DNA of 64,000 bases from an uncultured Chloroflexaceae bacterium (GCA_964410555.1 CAYPHM010000009.1:7488-71487); one strand, 5' to 3'; counted from the first letter of the stretch, positions 17,190-27,217 are shown. The notes: generated by a model from the sequence alone, not told the origin. Translations and numbers: made by a program.

Positions 17190-18545
17190 CTACTCATCTA
17201 CAAAGAAGTACACGATAGATTTATTCCCGCTTGAAGTTCCCTCAAAAACGATAGTCCAGATACCTTCGGTCATGTCGCTGGTATCAAGGGGTAGATCGTA
17301 GACTGCACCAGTATCGCCAATATCCAGCGTTTCTCGTGTACCCATAACGCTGTCATCCGGGGCGGTAATCCAAAAGCCAACCTGCTCATTAGGCTTGAAA
17401 CCGTAGATGTCTATGACGATCTGGGTTCCCTGGCTCACGCATTTGGATGGGCGAATGTTGGCATTTACCGGGTCTGGTGTATCGGCACACGTCCCACTTG
17501 AGGTCGGCGGCGGTGAGGTGTTGGTGGTTTCTGACCCGGTACCTATAACGCGGAAATAGACCATAGACCGATTGCCGCTAGATGTCCCCTCAAAGATAAT
17601 GGACCAGAGACCAGCAGCCATACCGCTAGTGTCAAAGGGCATATCGTAGATTGCTCCTGTGTCTCCAATACTGACCGTATCCTGTGTCCCAACAATGTCT
17701 CCATCTGGGTCAGTAATCCAGAAGCCAACCTGCTCATCGGGTTTGAAGCCATAGATGTCTATAACAATCTCTTCCCCCTCATAGACACATTTGGCGGGGC
17801 GGATGTTGGCATTTACCGGGTCTGGCACGTCTGTACAGGGGTCTTCTTGTTGTTGAACCGGAGGTGTTCCGCCTCCATTCCCCTGCTCACGTTCTAGCCC
17901 CTCCTTGCCAAGTAAGCCAAGCAACACATGGTAGGGGGGATTATTCTCGGGGTGTAGTTCAAAGCGAGCACGCTCAAAGATCTGAACATCATAGGAAACC
18001 CCATCGGTGGTGTAAGTCAGCAAATCAGACAGGGGTTTGCCAAAGAGGGCGATGTTCTCTTGGATGCTATAGCCTGGTACCCCATCAAGTTCTAGCCCAT
18101 AGCTCTTGTAGCGTTGCAAAAACTCATCACACACATTCCAGCCGGTGTCAAAGTACACACAGCCGTTGATAGGGTCTTCTTTCATAGACAGGTCTACCCC
18201 TTCAGACTTAGCAAGTTCTGCTTCATCTGCTCCCAAACGCCCAAGCAACACGTCATAGGGGCGGGGGTTTTCGGGGTGAAGTTCTAGCCGATTTCGTTCA
18301 AACCACTGAACTTGGTAGGGTCCACCTTCGATGATCTCGGTACGTTGTGGGGTGATGGGGTACCCAAAGACTGCCAATCCTCCTTGATTATTCCAAAATT
18401 CACCGATGCGTCCTGAAATGCAATAGCCAGTTTCAGGAAAACATTGCTCACCTGACTGTGCTTGGGCAGAACGCTGGGGAAGAGCCGACAAAACCATACT
18501 GACCACCAACAAGACGATGTATGACCAACTGCGTAACGAACGCAT
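17190..18545 (-). CDS. Secreted protein with two pairs of internal repeats
   Basis: Signal peptide (..LSALPQRSAQAQS). Two N-terminal repeats end in FER.R.ELHPEN.PPY.VLLG.LG. Two ~100-aa C-terminal repeats start C.D.PDPVNANIRP.KC. Confidence 0.7.
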   Translation of the reverse strand: MRSLRSWSYIVLLVVSMVLSALPQRSAQAQSGEQCFPETGYCISGRIGEFWNNQGGLAVFGYPITPQRTEIIEGGPYQVQWFERNRLELHPENPRPYDVLLGRLGADEAELAKSEGVDLSMKEDPINGCVYFDTGWNVCDEFLQRYKSYGLELDGVPGYSIQENIALFGKPLSDLLTYTTDGVSYDVQIFERARFELHPENNPPYHVLLGLLGKEGLEREQGNGGGTPPVQQQEDPCTDVPDPVNANIRPAKCVYEGEEIVIDIYGFKPDEQVGFWITDPDGDIVGTQDTVSIGDTGAIYDMPFDTSGMAAGLWSIIFEGTSSGNRSMVYFRVIGTGSETTNTSPPPTSSGTCADTPDPVNANIRPSKCVSQGTQIVIDIYGFKPNEQVGFWITAPDDSVMGTRETLDIGDTGAVYDLPLDTSDMTEGIWTIVFEGTSSGNKSIVYFFVDE

Positions 18546-18680
18546 GCTACTACTCCTCTCATACTAGCTGACCCAATTGTTGCTATTCCATCATTTGTAC
18601 CTGAAACCACAGGGGCAATGTCTGGTTTGTCCCATTCCTTGTCCCTTCCCCGCAAACGGAGATGAGGATTATGGTTAGTT

Positions 18681-18810
18681 CCTCCTTGCCCTTTATGGCA
18701 GAGGGGGCAGGGGGAGCGGGAGTAAAAAAGGGTTTTAATGCTTATCATTGCGCGACTTTGCCATGCCCCTGGAACGCCGGCGGGACGTTGCATGCAACGT
18801 CCCGCCGGCG
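18681..18810. repeat. GC-rich repeat (A unit, C-like module) plus a 36-nt perfect palindrome
   Basis: CCTCCTTGCCCTTTATGGCAGAGGGGGCAGGGGGAGCGGGAG, then ..GCGCGACTTTGCCATGCCCC, then CGCCGGCGGGACGTTGCATGCAACGTCCCGCCGGCG (18775-18810). Confidence 0.9.
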
Positions 18811-18841
18811 ATATATTCCCAATGCAAGGGGGTAGGTAGCC

Positions 18842-19501
18842 TTATACGCCAAGTTTGCGCTTGAGTTCTTCCAATTCCGCATCTACGCCACTTTCCGCTT
18901 CCAGCTTGCGAAACTGATTTTCTAACGTATCGGTTTCTAGCTCGGCTAGGGCTTCAGCCTTTGCGAGACGGTCATCTACGCGGCTTTCGAGCATATCGAG
19001 CTTGTCCATTGCCGTGACCCTGCCCAAGTTGCGGGTGGTCTGTTGGAGAGTCTCTTGGGTCTTGGCACGGTTCTGCTTGGCGACAATGAGGTCACGGTGG
19101 GCTTTGGTCTCTGCCATGCGGGTCTCCAGGTTGGCGAGGGCTTCCTGGAGTAGGTCAACCTGTTCTGCTTGGGCAGTATACTGCCCTTCATACTGAGCAC
19201 GAACACGATCTGCTTGGTTTTTGCGTTGCAATGCCGCCTTTGCCAAATCTTCTTTGTCCGCACGCAGGGCTTGCTCGGCTTTGCCTTGCCACTTTTCTAC
19301 CTCCGCCTCATATTGGATTTTGCGCTGTTGCAGGCGGGTTTCATCTGCCATAGCCGAAGCGACCTCTGTTTTGGCAGCATAGTACTGGTCATTCAGTTGA
19401 CGCAGGTACTCATTAGCCATCTTCTCTGGGTCTTCGGCATTATCCAACAGATCGTTGATGTTAGCACTCAAGATGTCCTTAATACGACCAAGAAACGACA
19501 T
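18842..19501 (-). CDS. pspA: PspA/IM30 (Vipp1/LiaH) family protein, tandem copy 4 of 4 in transcription order
   Basis: MSFLGRIKDILSANINDLLDNAEDPEKMANEYLRQL.. plus coiled-coil heptads. The ATG at 19501 is preceded by GAAGGAG; the ORF track start at 19537 is probably too long. Confidence 0.9.
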   Translation of the reverse strand: MSFLGRIKDILSANINDLLDNAEDPEKMANEYLRQLNDQYYAAKTEVASAMADETRLQQRKIQYEAEVEKWQGKAEQALRADKEDLAKAALQRKNQADRVRAQYEGQYTAQAEQVDLLQEALANLETRMAETKAHRDLIVAKQNRAKTQETLQQTTRNLGRVTAMDKLDMLESRVDDRLAKAEALAELETDTLENQFRKLEAESGVDAELEELKRKLGV

Positions 19502-19541
19502 AGTTCTTCTCCTTCTATTATGTGGATACCAAACCAACTAC

Positions 19542-20183
19542 TCACACACCGAGCGAACGCTTCAACTCTTCCAACTCGGCATCAACCGCCGAATCCTCAT
19601 CTAGCTGTTGAAACTCGGATTCCAACGAGCTGGATTCTAGCTGTACTATTTGCTCCTTCTTCATTTGGGCGAACTCGTCCATAGCAGACTGTACGCCCAT
19701 AGATGCTGAAGTCCCACGTATTGCCTGCATGGTCTGCATACGGTGCTTCTTGACAACGGTGAAATCAATTAAGTCAAGACAGGCTTTGGTCTCACCTATC
19801 TGCATTTCTAGGGTTGCCAGTGCATCTTGCAGTTTGTCTACATGTTCACAATAGGCTTCATATCGCTGCGTGTACTGTTGGGCGAGACGTTCAGCATGTT
19901 TTTTGCGTTGCAATGCCTGCTTTGCCAAATCCTCTTTGCCAGCACGCAAGGTTTGCTCCGCTTTGCCTTGCCATCTTTCTACCTCCGCTTCATACTGGAC
20001 TTTGCGCTGTTGTAGGCGGGTTTCATCTGCCATAGCCGAAGCCACCTCTGTTTTGGCTTCATAATACTGCTCGTTTAGTTGGCGCAGGTACTCATTTGCC
20101 AACTTCTCTGGATCCTTAGCATTATCCAACAAATCGTTGATGTTAGTACTCAAGATGTCCTTAATACGACCAAAAAACGACAT
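19542..20183 (-). CDS. pspA: PspA/IM30 family protein, tandem copy 3 of 4 (mosaic)
   Basis: The N-terminal two thirds resemble copies at 18842 and 20914. The C-terminal ~75 aa resemble the copy at 20224 (..LESSSLESEFQQLDEDSAVDAELEELKRSLG). Confidence 0.88.
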   Translation of the reverse strand: MSFFGRIKDILSTNINDLLDNAKDPEKLANEYLRQLNEQYYEAKTEVASAMADETRLQQRKVQYEAEVERWQGKAEQTLRAGKEDLAKQALQRKKHAERLAQQYTQRYEAYCEHVDKLQDALATLEMQIGETKACLDLIDFTVVKKHRMQTMQAIRGTSASMGVQSAMDEFAQMKKEQIVQLESSSLESEFQQLDEDSAVDAELEELKRSLGV

Positions 20184-20223
20184 AGTTGTTCTTCTTACTA
20201 TAACTGGATACCAGACCGAACAC

Positions 20224-20883
20224 TTACAAACCGAGCGAACGCTTCAACTCTTCCAATTCGGCATCAACCGCCGAATCCTCGTCTAGCTGTTGAAATTCAG
20301 ACTCCAACGAGCTGGATTCTAGCTGCGCCATCGCTTCTGTTTGGGCGACCTGATGATCCACCCGCTGCTCCATCTGGTCGAGCTTGTCCATTGCAGACTT
20401 CCCACCCATCGCGGCTGAAGCCCCTCGTATTGCCTGCATCGTCTGCATGCGATTCTTCTTGGCAACGATAAGATCGCGGCGGGCTTGCGTTTCAGTTATC
20501 CGCGACTCCAGTAAGGCTAACGCTTCTTCCAAATCGTCTACCTGCTCGTCTTGTGCAGCATACTGCTTTTCATACTGTTCTGCAAGTTGACGGGCTTGGA
20601 GTTTTTGTTGCAACGCCTGCTTTGCCATATCTTCATTGCCATCACGCAGCGCAATCTCTGCCCGTCTTTGCCAGCGTTCTTTATCACTTTGAGCCGTGAT
20701 CATCTGCTGGTATAGGCGGCTTTCGTCTGCCATTGCCTGTGCCACCTGCGTCTTGGCTTCATAATACTGCTCGTTTAGTTGGCGCAGGTACTCATTTGCC
20801 ATCTTTTCCGGGTCTTCAGCTTTGGTAAGCATGTCGTTGACATTGGAACTGATAAGGTCTTTGACCCGTTCTAGGAGAGCCAT
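20224..20883 (-). CDS. pspA: PspA/IM30 family protein, tandem copy 2 of 4
   Basis: MALLERVKDLISSNVNDMLTKAEDPEKMANEYLRQLNEQYYEAK.. with a full-length PspA-type coiled coil. Confidence 0.9.
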   Translation of the reverse strand: MALLERVKDLISSNVNDMLTKAEDPEKMANEYLRQLNEQYYEAKTQVAQAMADESRLYQQMITAQSDKERWQRRAEIALRDGNEDMAKQALQQKLQARQLAEQYEKQYAAQDEQVDDLEEALALLESRITETQARRDLIVAKKNRMQTMQAIRGASAAMGGKSAMDKLDQMEQRVDHQVAQTEAMAQLESSSLESEFQQLDEDSAVDAELEELKRSLGL

Positions 20884-20913
20884 ACAGTCATGCTCCTTTC
20901 TTGCAAGGTTACG

Positions 20914-21573
20914 TTATATTCCCATACTACGTTTGAGTTCTGCCAGTTCTGAATCCACTCCAGAGGTCATCTCCATCTCACGAAACTGATTATCTAGTGT
21001 ATTCGACTCAAGCTCCGTCAATGCCTCGGCTTTGGCTAGACGATCATCTACCTTTTCCTCAAGCTGGTCGATTTTGTCCATTGCGGAGATTTTGCCCATG
21101 CTGTTGACGGTGGTTTGGAGAGATTCTTGGGTGCGGGCGCGGTTTTGCTTGGCGGTAATGAGGTCACGGCGAGCTTTGGTCTCACCTATCTGCGTTTCTA
21201 AGTTTGCCAGTGCATCTTGCAATTTGTCTACCTGATCAGACTGGGCTTCATATTGCTGCGTGTACTGCTGAGCGAGACGTTCGGCTTGTTTTTTGCGTTG
21301 TAGGGCTTGTTTTGCCAAGTCCTCTTTGCTAGATCGTAGGGCTTGCTCTGCCATGCCCTGATATTTCTCAAGCTCTTTTTCGGCTTCAACCATTTTTTGC
21401 TGAAGCCGGGTCTCGTCTGCCATTGCCTGTGCCACCTGAGTTTTCGCTTCATAATACTGCTGGTTCAGTTGGCGCAGGTATTCATTGGCCATTTTTTCTG
21501 GGTCTTCCGCTTTATCCAATGCATCATTGACATTCGCACTGAAAAAGTCTTTTATTCTTCCAAAGAACGACAT
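20914..21573 (-). CDS. pspA: PspA/IM30 family protein, tandem copy 1 of 4
   Basis: MSFFGRIKDFFSANVNDALDKAEDPEKMANEYLRQLNQQYYEAK.. RBS AAAGGAGG lies upstream. Confidence 0.9.
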   Translation of the reverse strand: MSFFGRIKDFFSANVNDALDKAEDPEKMANEYLRQLNQQYYEAKTQVAQAMADETRLQQKMVEAEKELEKYQGMAEQALRSSKEDLAKQALQRKKQAERLAQQYTQQYEAQSDQVDKLQDALANLETQIGETKARRDLITAKQNRARTQESLQTTVNSMGKISAMDKIDQLEEKVDDRLAKAEALTELESNTLDNQFREMEMTSGVDSELAELKRSMGI

Positions 21574-21795
21574 ACAAACAACCTCCTTTTAGGTCACTTC
21601 ATTGTGCAGCCTCTCTTGAAGATCATGTTTTGGGATGATAAATCATCGTGCTGTATAGCTGCATTACAGATACCATACTTTACCTTCATGAGTATTCTAG
21701 CATAGGACAGGGGTATTTGCATGGAGAATTTGTGGAGAAGTGAGTTCGTTGCCAGGGTCATAGCAAAGTCGCATAAGGAAGGGATTAGAGACGGT

Positions 21796-22599
21796 TTATT
21801 CCCCTCTCCCTGGATGGTATGAATATGCAGGGTTGCCAAGCGCATGGAGTGCCACACGAATAGCATCTTGCTCTGCGGCTTGTTTGACCTCAGCCTTAAT
21901 CTCTTCGCTAGATGTACGATCTGCAACAATAGCACAGATACACGCCGCTGCAATGCCATAGACGTTTGCCATCTTAAAGAGCGTTCCCGTTTCCATCTCA
22001 TAGTTGAGGATATTCAGCCGTTGGTATTCTTCTGTGATGCCTTGCAACCAACGCAGGAGATGCTTGTTTACCGATGATTCGATGCGCTCTTGCCCCTCAT
22101 AAAACGTATCTACCGAGGCGGTAATCCCCATGTGCCAAGCGATCTGAAGCTCTTGGGCAGCATGCGCGAGAGCCACCGTCAAAAAGGGGTCTGCCGCAGC
22201 GGGGTATTCACGGGGGGCTATATCATCTGCTGCCCCCTGTCGGCAGAGAGCCGCCTGTGATATAACCACACTACCTGCGGGAACAGTCGCCTGGATGGAG
22301 CCACTAGTCCCCACACGAATAATCTGGCGTATCCCTATATCTACTAGTTCATTGACCACGATGCTGAGAGAGGGTGCGCCCATGCCGCTTGTCGCAGCCA
22401 GTACCCACTGACCTGTGGGCAATACCACAAGGTAGCTTGGCAAACCACGGTTTTCCGAAAGACATGCTTCACAGGTTACGCCTGATGTTTCATAGGCAAT
22501 ACGGCGAGTACGTTCGGGGTCGCCGGAGAGCAGCGCGATGGTCGGGGGATTATGCCCCAAATCATCACGACTATATCCAATGTGGTATTTTCGTTGCAT
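21796..22599 (-). CDS. Nucleoside phosphorylase, PNP/UDP family (uridine phosphorylase-like)
   Basis: LSGDPERTRRIA, ATSGMGAPSLSIVVNEL and IRVGTSGS motifs. Confidence 0.8.
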   Translation of the reverse strand: MQRKYHIGYSRDDLGHNPPTIALLSGDPERTRRIAYETSGVTCEACLSENRGLPSYLVVLPTGQWVLAATSGMGAPSLSIVVNELVDIGIRQIIRVGTSGSIQATVPAGSVVISQAALCRQGAADDIAPREYPAAADPFLTVALAHAAQELQIAWHMGITASVDTFYEGQERIESSVNKHLLRWLQGITEEYQRLNILNYEMETGTLFKMANVYGIAAACICAIVADRTSSEEIKAEVKQAAEQDAIRVALHALGNPAYSYHPGRGE

Positions 22600-22613
22600 G
22601 GTTTGGTTGCTCC

Positions 22614-24164
22614 TTACGCTCGCACCACTGTCACCACCCGCCCGGTGGGGGTCGTTGCCTGTTCCGTTGTCGTGCGCTCGGCTATTCGTCCCTGGTCGCT
22701 CCGCTGGTCAAAGATGACAAGCCACCCCGTCTCCAGCGACAAGCCACTGAGGTATTTGTCCAGTTGCGCTAACCCTTGTGGCAGCGGGTCAGATTCCCTA
22801 TCTCGCCAGACCTTCAGTTCCAGCGCGAGAGCTTGGGTGCCATAGCGTACACACAAGTCCATGCGTCCACTGCCAATCGCATACTCCCGTTCTATCGTGC
22901 CGCCTGAGTTGACCACCCGATGCAAGAACGCCATCAGCACGAGGTGCGGGGCGATCTCGTGGTAGGAGGCAGTTCTGAGCAAGGGTTCGCCGTGCTGCCG
23001 CCAGAAAAGCAAAAAGGCTTCCAATAGTTTGTTGAAGTCTAGGTTGCCGTCAGGGGTGCGCCATGTATCCTGGATATGAGGCAGCGATGCTTGAGTCGTA
23101 TACGCCAATACTCGCGGTAAGACTTCTTGGTAGATAGGATTGGCAATCACTAATCCCCCCGCCTGATCCATACGGCACAGTCCAAGATTTAGCACAAACT
23201 TGATGTCATCGGTTGGGATGTCATCCAACGTTTGTCCTGCCAAGATCGGTTCTATCACCTGCTGTACCCGTGGCTCCCGCAGTCGCTCTGCCAAACTGTC
23301 GAGGTGGGTATCCTGCCGTTGGATGAGGATTTCTTTTGCCGCGTCTATATGCTCCGGTGTGATAGGCATAGTCGGGTCAGGGACGAGGTTTTCCACGACT
23401 TGTCGGGCGAGCGCATTGACTAACCAGGGCTGCCCCTGGGTGAGGTGAAATGCCCGTGCTACCGCTTCAGGGGTGAACACCTGCCCCGTATCTTCCGTGT
23501 GTTGCTGATAGAGCATCCCGACTTCCTCGTGGGTAAAGTTGCGGAGCGTGATAGATTCTACTTTGATGTTGAAGGGGCTAGAGGTATGCAACCTATCACT
23601 CCCCCCCGAAGCGACTTTGTAGTCGCGTACATCTCGTAAGCCAATGAGTGCCAACGACCACGGGAATGCATCGGGTCGTCGCGGATAGCCGTCACGCAAT
23701 TGGCGTAATACCGAGATGAGGGTCGTATTGCTCAAGGCATCTATTTCATCGAGAAAAATCACCAGTGGGCGGGGCAGGGCTTGCACCCAATGTTCTAAAG
23801 CGGTGCTAATCCCTGCTCCTTCTGATACTTGAGACCATTCAGGGGGGTAAAATTCTTGGGGGAGTTGCCATTTGGCTGCCGCACGCCACCGATTTAAGAT
23901 AGCAGCTTCTGCCTTGTCCACTTCATCATTGAAGGCTGCGCCAACTTCCATCGAAACGAAGACCGCAATATAGGTTCCCTCTGCGGTCAGTTCTTTGGCA
24001 AGCGACCACAATGCCGTGGTCTTACCCGTCTGTCGCGGGGCATGCAGTACAAAATACAGTTTTTGATCAATAAGCCGTTGCACCTGCGGCAGCCGAGCCA
24101 TAGGGGAAAGCATGTAGTGATCTTGGGGATTGCACGGTCCGGCGGTATTAAACCAACGTTTCAT
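22614..24164 (-). CDS. AAA-type ATPase with C-terminal PD-(D/E)XK-like motif, copy A
   Basis: Walker A HAPRQTGKTT, Walker B LVIFLDEID, C-terminal GRMDLCV..ALELKV. The ATG at 24164 matches the start of copy B. Confidence 0.8.
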   Translation of the reverse strand: MKRWFNTAGPCNPQDHYMLSPMARLPQVQRLIDQKLYFVLHAPRQTGKTTALWSLAKELTAEGTYIAVFVSMEVGAAFNDEVDKAEAAILNRWRAAAKWQLPQEFYPPEWSQVSEGAGISTALEHWVQALPRPLVIFLDEIDALSNTTLISVLRQLRDGYPRRPDAFPWSLALIGLRDVRDYKVASGGSDRLHTSSPFNIKVESITLRNFTHEEVGMLYQQHTEDTGQVFTPEAVARAFHLTQGQPWLVNALARQVVENLVPDPTMPITPEHIDAAKEILIQRQDTHLDSLAERLREPRVQQVIEPILAGQTLDDIPTDDIKFVLNLGLCRMDQAGGLVIANPIYQEVLPRVLAYTTQASLPHIQDTWRTPDGNLDFNKLLEAFLLFWRQHGEPLLRTASYHEIAPHLVLMAFLHRVVNSGGTIEREYAIGSGRMDLCVRYGTQALALELKVWRDRESDPLPQGLAQLDKYLSGLSLETGWLVIFDQRSDQGRIAERTTTEQATTPTGRVVTVVRA

Positions 24165-24251
24165 GGGATGGTCTCCTTGTGTGTTTCCTTCCATACCTAA
24201 TTTCTTCTCTGTATAGTACCATATAATCAGCAAAAATGAACGATTCCTAGA

Positions 24252-25628
24252 CTAATCACGTCCCGACTCGCGTTCATCATCCACTTCATCTTCATCCCCA
24301 TCACCTGGATAGATGATACGTACCATATCTACGGCAAACCCACTCACGCTTTCAACGATAAAGAGAGTCTGGGCGATTGCTACCTGATCACCTGGAATCG
24401 CCGGGCGACCAAGCAAACTCACCACTAACCCCCCAACGGTATCTACATCCGGGAGTTCTTCATCTCCATCATCTGGCAATATCCCAAGCGCAGCATCATC
24501 CAAATCATCAAGCATTAAATCACCACGAGCAAAAAACATCCCTGGCTCAACCTCATAGAGTAAGGGTTGCTCTACCTCGTCAAACTCATCATGCACTTCC
24601 CCTACTACCTCTTCCACAACATCCTCCAACGTTACAACCCCCGCTGTCCCCCCATATTCATCAAAGACCAGTGCCATATGAATGTGGGAATGTTTGAATG
24701 CTGCCAGTAATCGGTCTACCATCATCGCTTCTGGCACTGCTGGCATATGACGTAAAAGGGACTTCAAGTCCATACTGTCTGGTTGTTCAAGCTGCTGCTG
24801 CACAAAGTCTTTCACGAGAAGCAAGCCAACAATATGGTCTAAGTCATGCTCATAGACGGGGAATCTGCTGTAAGGGGAGGTAGCGATATAGTCGCGTAGC
24901 TCTTGCTCCCCTATATCCACAGGGATTGCCTCAATACGAGGGCGTGGGGTCATCACCTGCCCCACCCGTCGCTCGCTGAGGTCAAAAATATTTTGGATAA
25001 TGCGCTGTTCATCATCACTCAGCATCCCCCCCTTGTGGCTCTCCATCACGACCAATGCCAACTCTTCTGGTGAATAGAGCCGACGATGGCTTTCTATCCG
25101 GGGGATATTCAACACCCGCAATACCGTATTGCCAAAGCCGTTTAGCAAGATGATCAATGGGAGAAAGACCAACCGCATAAAGCGCAAAAACCCATTCACC
25201 CCTAGCATTATGCGCTCAGGATGATGCAACGCAAGCGATTTTGGTATCACATTGCCGACTACCACAAGCAGCAAGGTCATCACCGAGAGGGCAACAAAGA
25301 ACCCTGCCCCCCAAGCAACCGAGGGTGTCCATGCGCCCCACTGTACAAACACCTTTTGTAGATACTCAGCGATACTATAGACTCCAACCATACCCAGGGC
25401 AAGACTTGCTAGGGTAATACCAAACTGTGCAGCAGTAATGAACGAATCCATCTCCACCGAGTCGTCAAGGAGCATGACCATACGCTCGATATGTGGGTCT
25501 CCTTTTTCCATCATTTCTTTGAGACGTGATGGACGTGTCCCAATAAGCGAAAATTCCGCAGCAACAAATATCCCGTGTATGGTCAACAAAATAGCGACCA
25601 TTACCAGCGGGATGAGCATGATGCTCAT
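24252..25628 (-). CDS. CNNM/DUF21 membrane domain, CBS pair and CorC_HlyC domain protein (hemolysin/CorC family)
   Basis: N-terminal four TM segments with AEFSLIG, a CBS pair region, and a C-terminal transporter-associated domain with an acidic tail. Confidence 0.85.
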   Translation of the reverse strand: MSIMLIPLVMVAILLTIHGIFVAAEFSLIGTRPSRLKEMMEKGDPHIERMVMLLDDSVEMDSFITAAQFGITLASLALGMVGVYSIAEYLQKVFVQWGAWTPSVAWGAGFFVALSVMTLLLVVVGNVIPKSLALHHPERIMLGVNGFLRFMRLVFLPLIILLNGFGNTVLRVLNIPRIESHRRLYSPEELALVVMESHKGGMLSDDEQRIIQNIFDLSERRVGQVMTPRPRIEAIPVDIGEQELRDYIATSPYSRFPVYEHDLDHIVGLLLVKDFVQQQLEQPDSMDLKSLLRHMPAVPEAMMVDRLLAAFKHSHIHMALVFDEYGGTAGVVTLEDVVEEVVGEVHDEFDEVEQPLLYEVEPGMFFARGDLMLDDLDDAALGILPDDGDEELPDVDTVGGLVVSLLGRPAIPGDQVAIAQTLFIVESVSGFAVDMVRIIYPGDGDEDEVDDERESGRD

Positions 25629-26968
25629 GTATCTTCTCCATCTGCATCTTGTACAAGCGGTGTATTGTCCGTTGTAGAGAAATTGAGCGATACTTCTACC
25701 ACTGTTGGACCGTTGACCGCCTCCACTCGAAGAGTAACATCTTCCAAAACGACCTCATCCCCCACCTGTGGCAATCGCCCAAGTATAGCCATAGTCAACC
25801 CCCCTAGCGTATTGACCTCTTCGTCTGGCAATTTCAACCCAAATCGTTCATTGACATCTACTATGCGAGATTCGCCTTGCAGACGCAACCAACCATCACG
25901 CCCTAGTGTCATAAAGGTATTGCACGTATCAAATTCATCTTGCAATTCGCCGAACATCTCTTCCAGCAAATCAGAAACCGTTATCATTCCCGCTGTACCA
26001 CCAAATTCATCAAGCACTACCGCAATGTAATTTCCCTCTTGTTTCAGTTGATTCCATACCGCTAAGACGGGCATGGTTTCATGAACATAGGATACAGAAC
26101 GGAGTACATCTTGAACGTAGGTATTGTTTTCAGTATGCAACCGGAAGAGGTCTTTGATATGTATGCTCCCGACTACAGTATCTATCGTATCGGTGTAGAG
26201 CGGGATACGTGATCGCCCCGAATCTGTTGCCAAAACCAGTAAGTCATGAAGCGAAGTCTTTACTGAAGCAGCAACCATGCGAGTACGCGGGACCATCACC
26301 CTCGTTGCAGTAAGTTCTCCTACACGCAAGACATTGTGCAACAACTGGCGTTCGTCTGCCTCTATCAATCCCCAACGAACACTCTCCATAGCCAGTTGCT
26401 CTATTTCCTCTGGTGAAAGGATGTGTCGTCGTGTAGCGGGGGTAATCCCAACGATACCAAGTAAGAAGGCAGCAATGCCATTACACACCGCAATAGCCGG
26501 GCGAAACAGAGCCAACGACCATCGCATAAGTGGCACCGAAAAAAAGGCTACCCCTTCCACATAGCGAAGAGCCAATGACTTGGGGAGCAACTCTCCTATC
26601 ACCATCTGCAAAAGGGTCAGGAGCACCAACAGTCCAATGGTTATCAGCACGTATATTCCTAGTATATGGTCCCAACCAGCAGCAAGCAGGGTTGGATGGA
26701 GATAGTGGACAACCACCCACTGCCCATAAAAGCCAAGCACCAAACTGGAAATTGTGACCCCTATTTGGCTGGCGGCAATGTAGGTGTCAAGTCGATGTGG
26801 ATTGCTAATGATGGTTTTGAGAAACTTTGCAGCTGGACTTTCCGATGCTCGGTACTGAGCAAGCCTGGCAGGTTGGGCATGAATGGTCGAAAACTCTGCT
26901 GCTACATACAACCCATTGACAAAGATTAACACGGAGATTAGCGCAATAATAACCAGCGCAGTTTCCAT
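25625..26968 (-). CDS. CNNM/DUF21-CBS-CorC_HlyC protein, tandem paralogue
   Basis: Same architecture (AAEFSTIH, CBS pair, CorC C-terminal domain). Its stop overlaps the downstream start by 4 nt. Confidence 0.85.
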   Translation of the reverse strand: METALVIIALISVLIFVNGLYVAAEFSTIHAQPARLAQYRASESPAAKFLKTIISNPHRLDTYIAASQIGVTISSLVLGFYGQWVVVHYLHPTLLAAGWDHILGIYVLITIGLLVLLTLLQMVIGELLPKSLALRYVEGVAFFSVPLMRWSLALFRPAIAVCNGIAAFLLGIVGITPATRRHILSPEEIEQLAMESVRWGLIEADERQLLHNVLRVGELTATRVMVPRTRMVAASVKTSLHDLLVLATDSGRSRIPLYTDTIDTVVGSIHIKDLFRLHTENNTYVQDVLRSVSYVHETMPVLAVWNQLKQEGNYIAVVLDEFGGTAGMITVSDLLEEMFGELQDEFDTCNTFMTLGRDGWLRLQGESRIVDVNERFGLKLPDEEVNTLGGLTMAILGRLPQVGDEVVLEDVTLRVEAVNGPTVVEVSLNFSTTDNTPLVQDADGEDT

Positions 26969-27217
26969 AAATTACCTCATCAGAAGATTCCAATCTCCAG
27001 AGAACCCACATAGTTCTTTCTGGATACCATCATTCTACTGGTAATCAAGGCGAGTTTGCAAGAAGCAATTGGGATTGTAAGAATGGTGTACAATACAAAG
27101 GGGTCTTGAAATTGTTAGGAGTTTGTCTACAAGATACGCAAGAGTTACCTTTTAAGCGTTCCCTTTCCCCTATGGGTGCAAATTAAATGATACTGAAACA
27201 CACAAGGAGATCATCCC

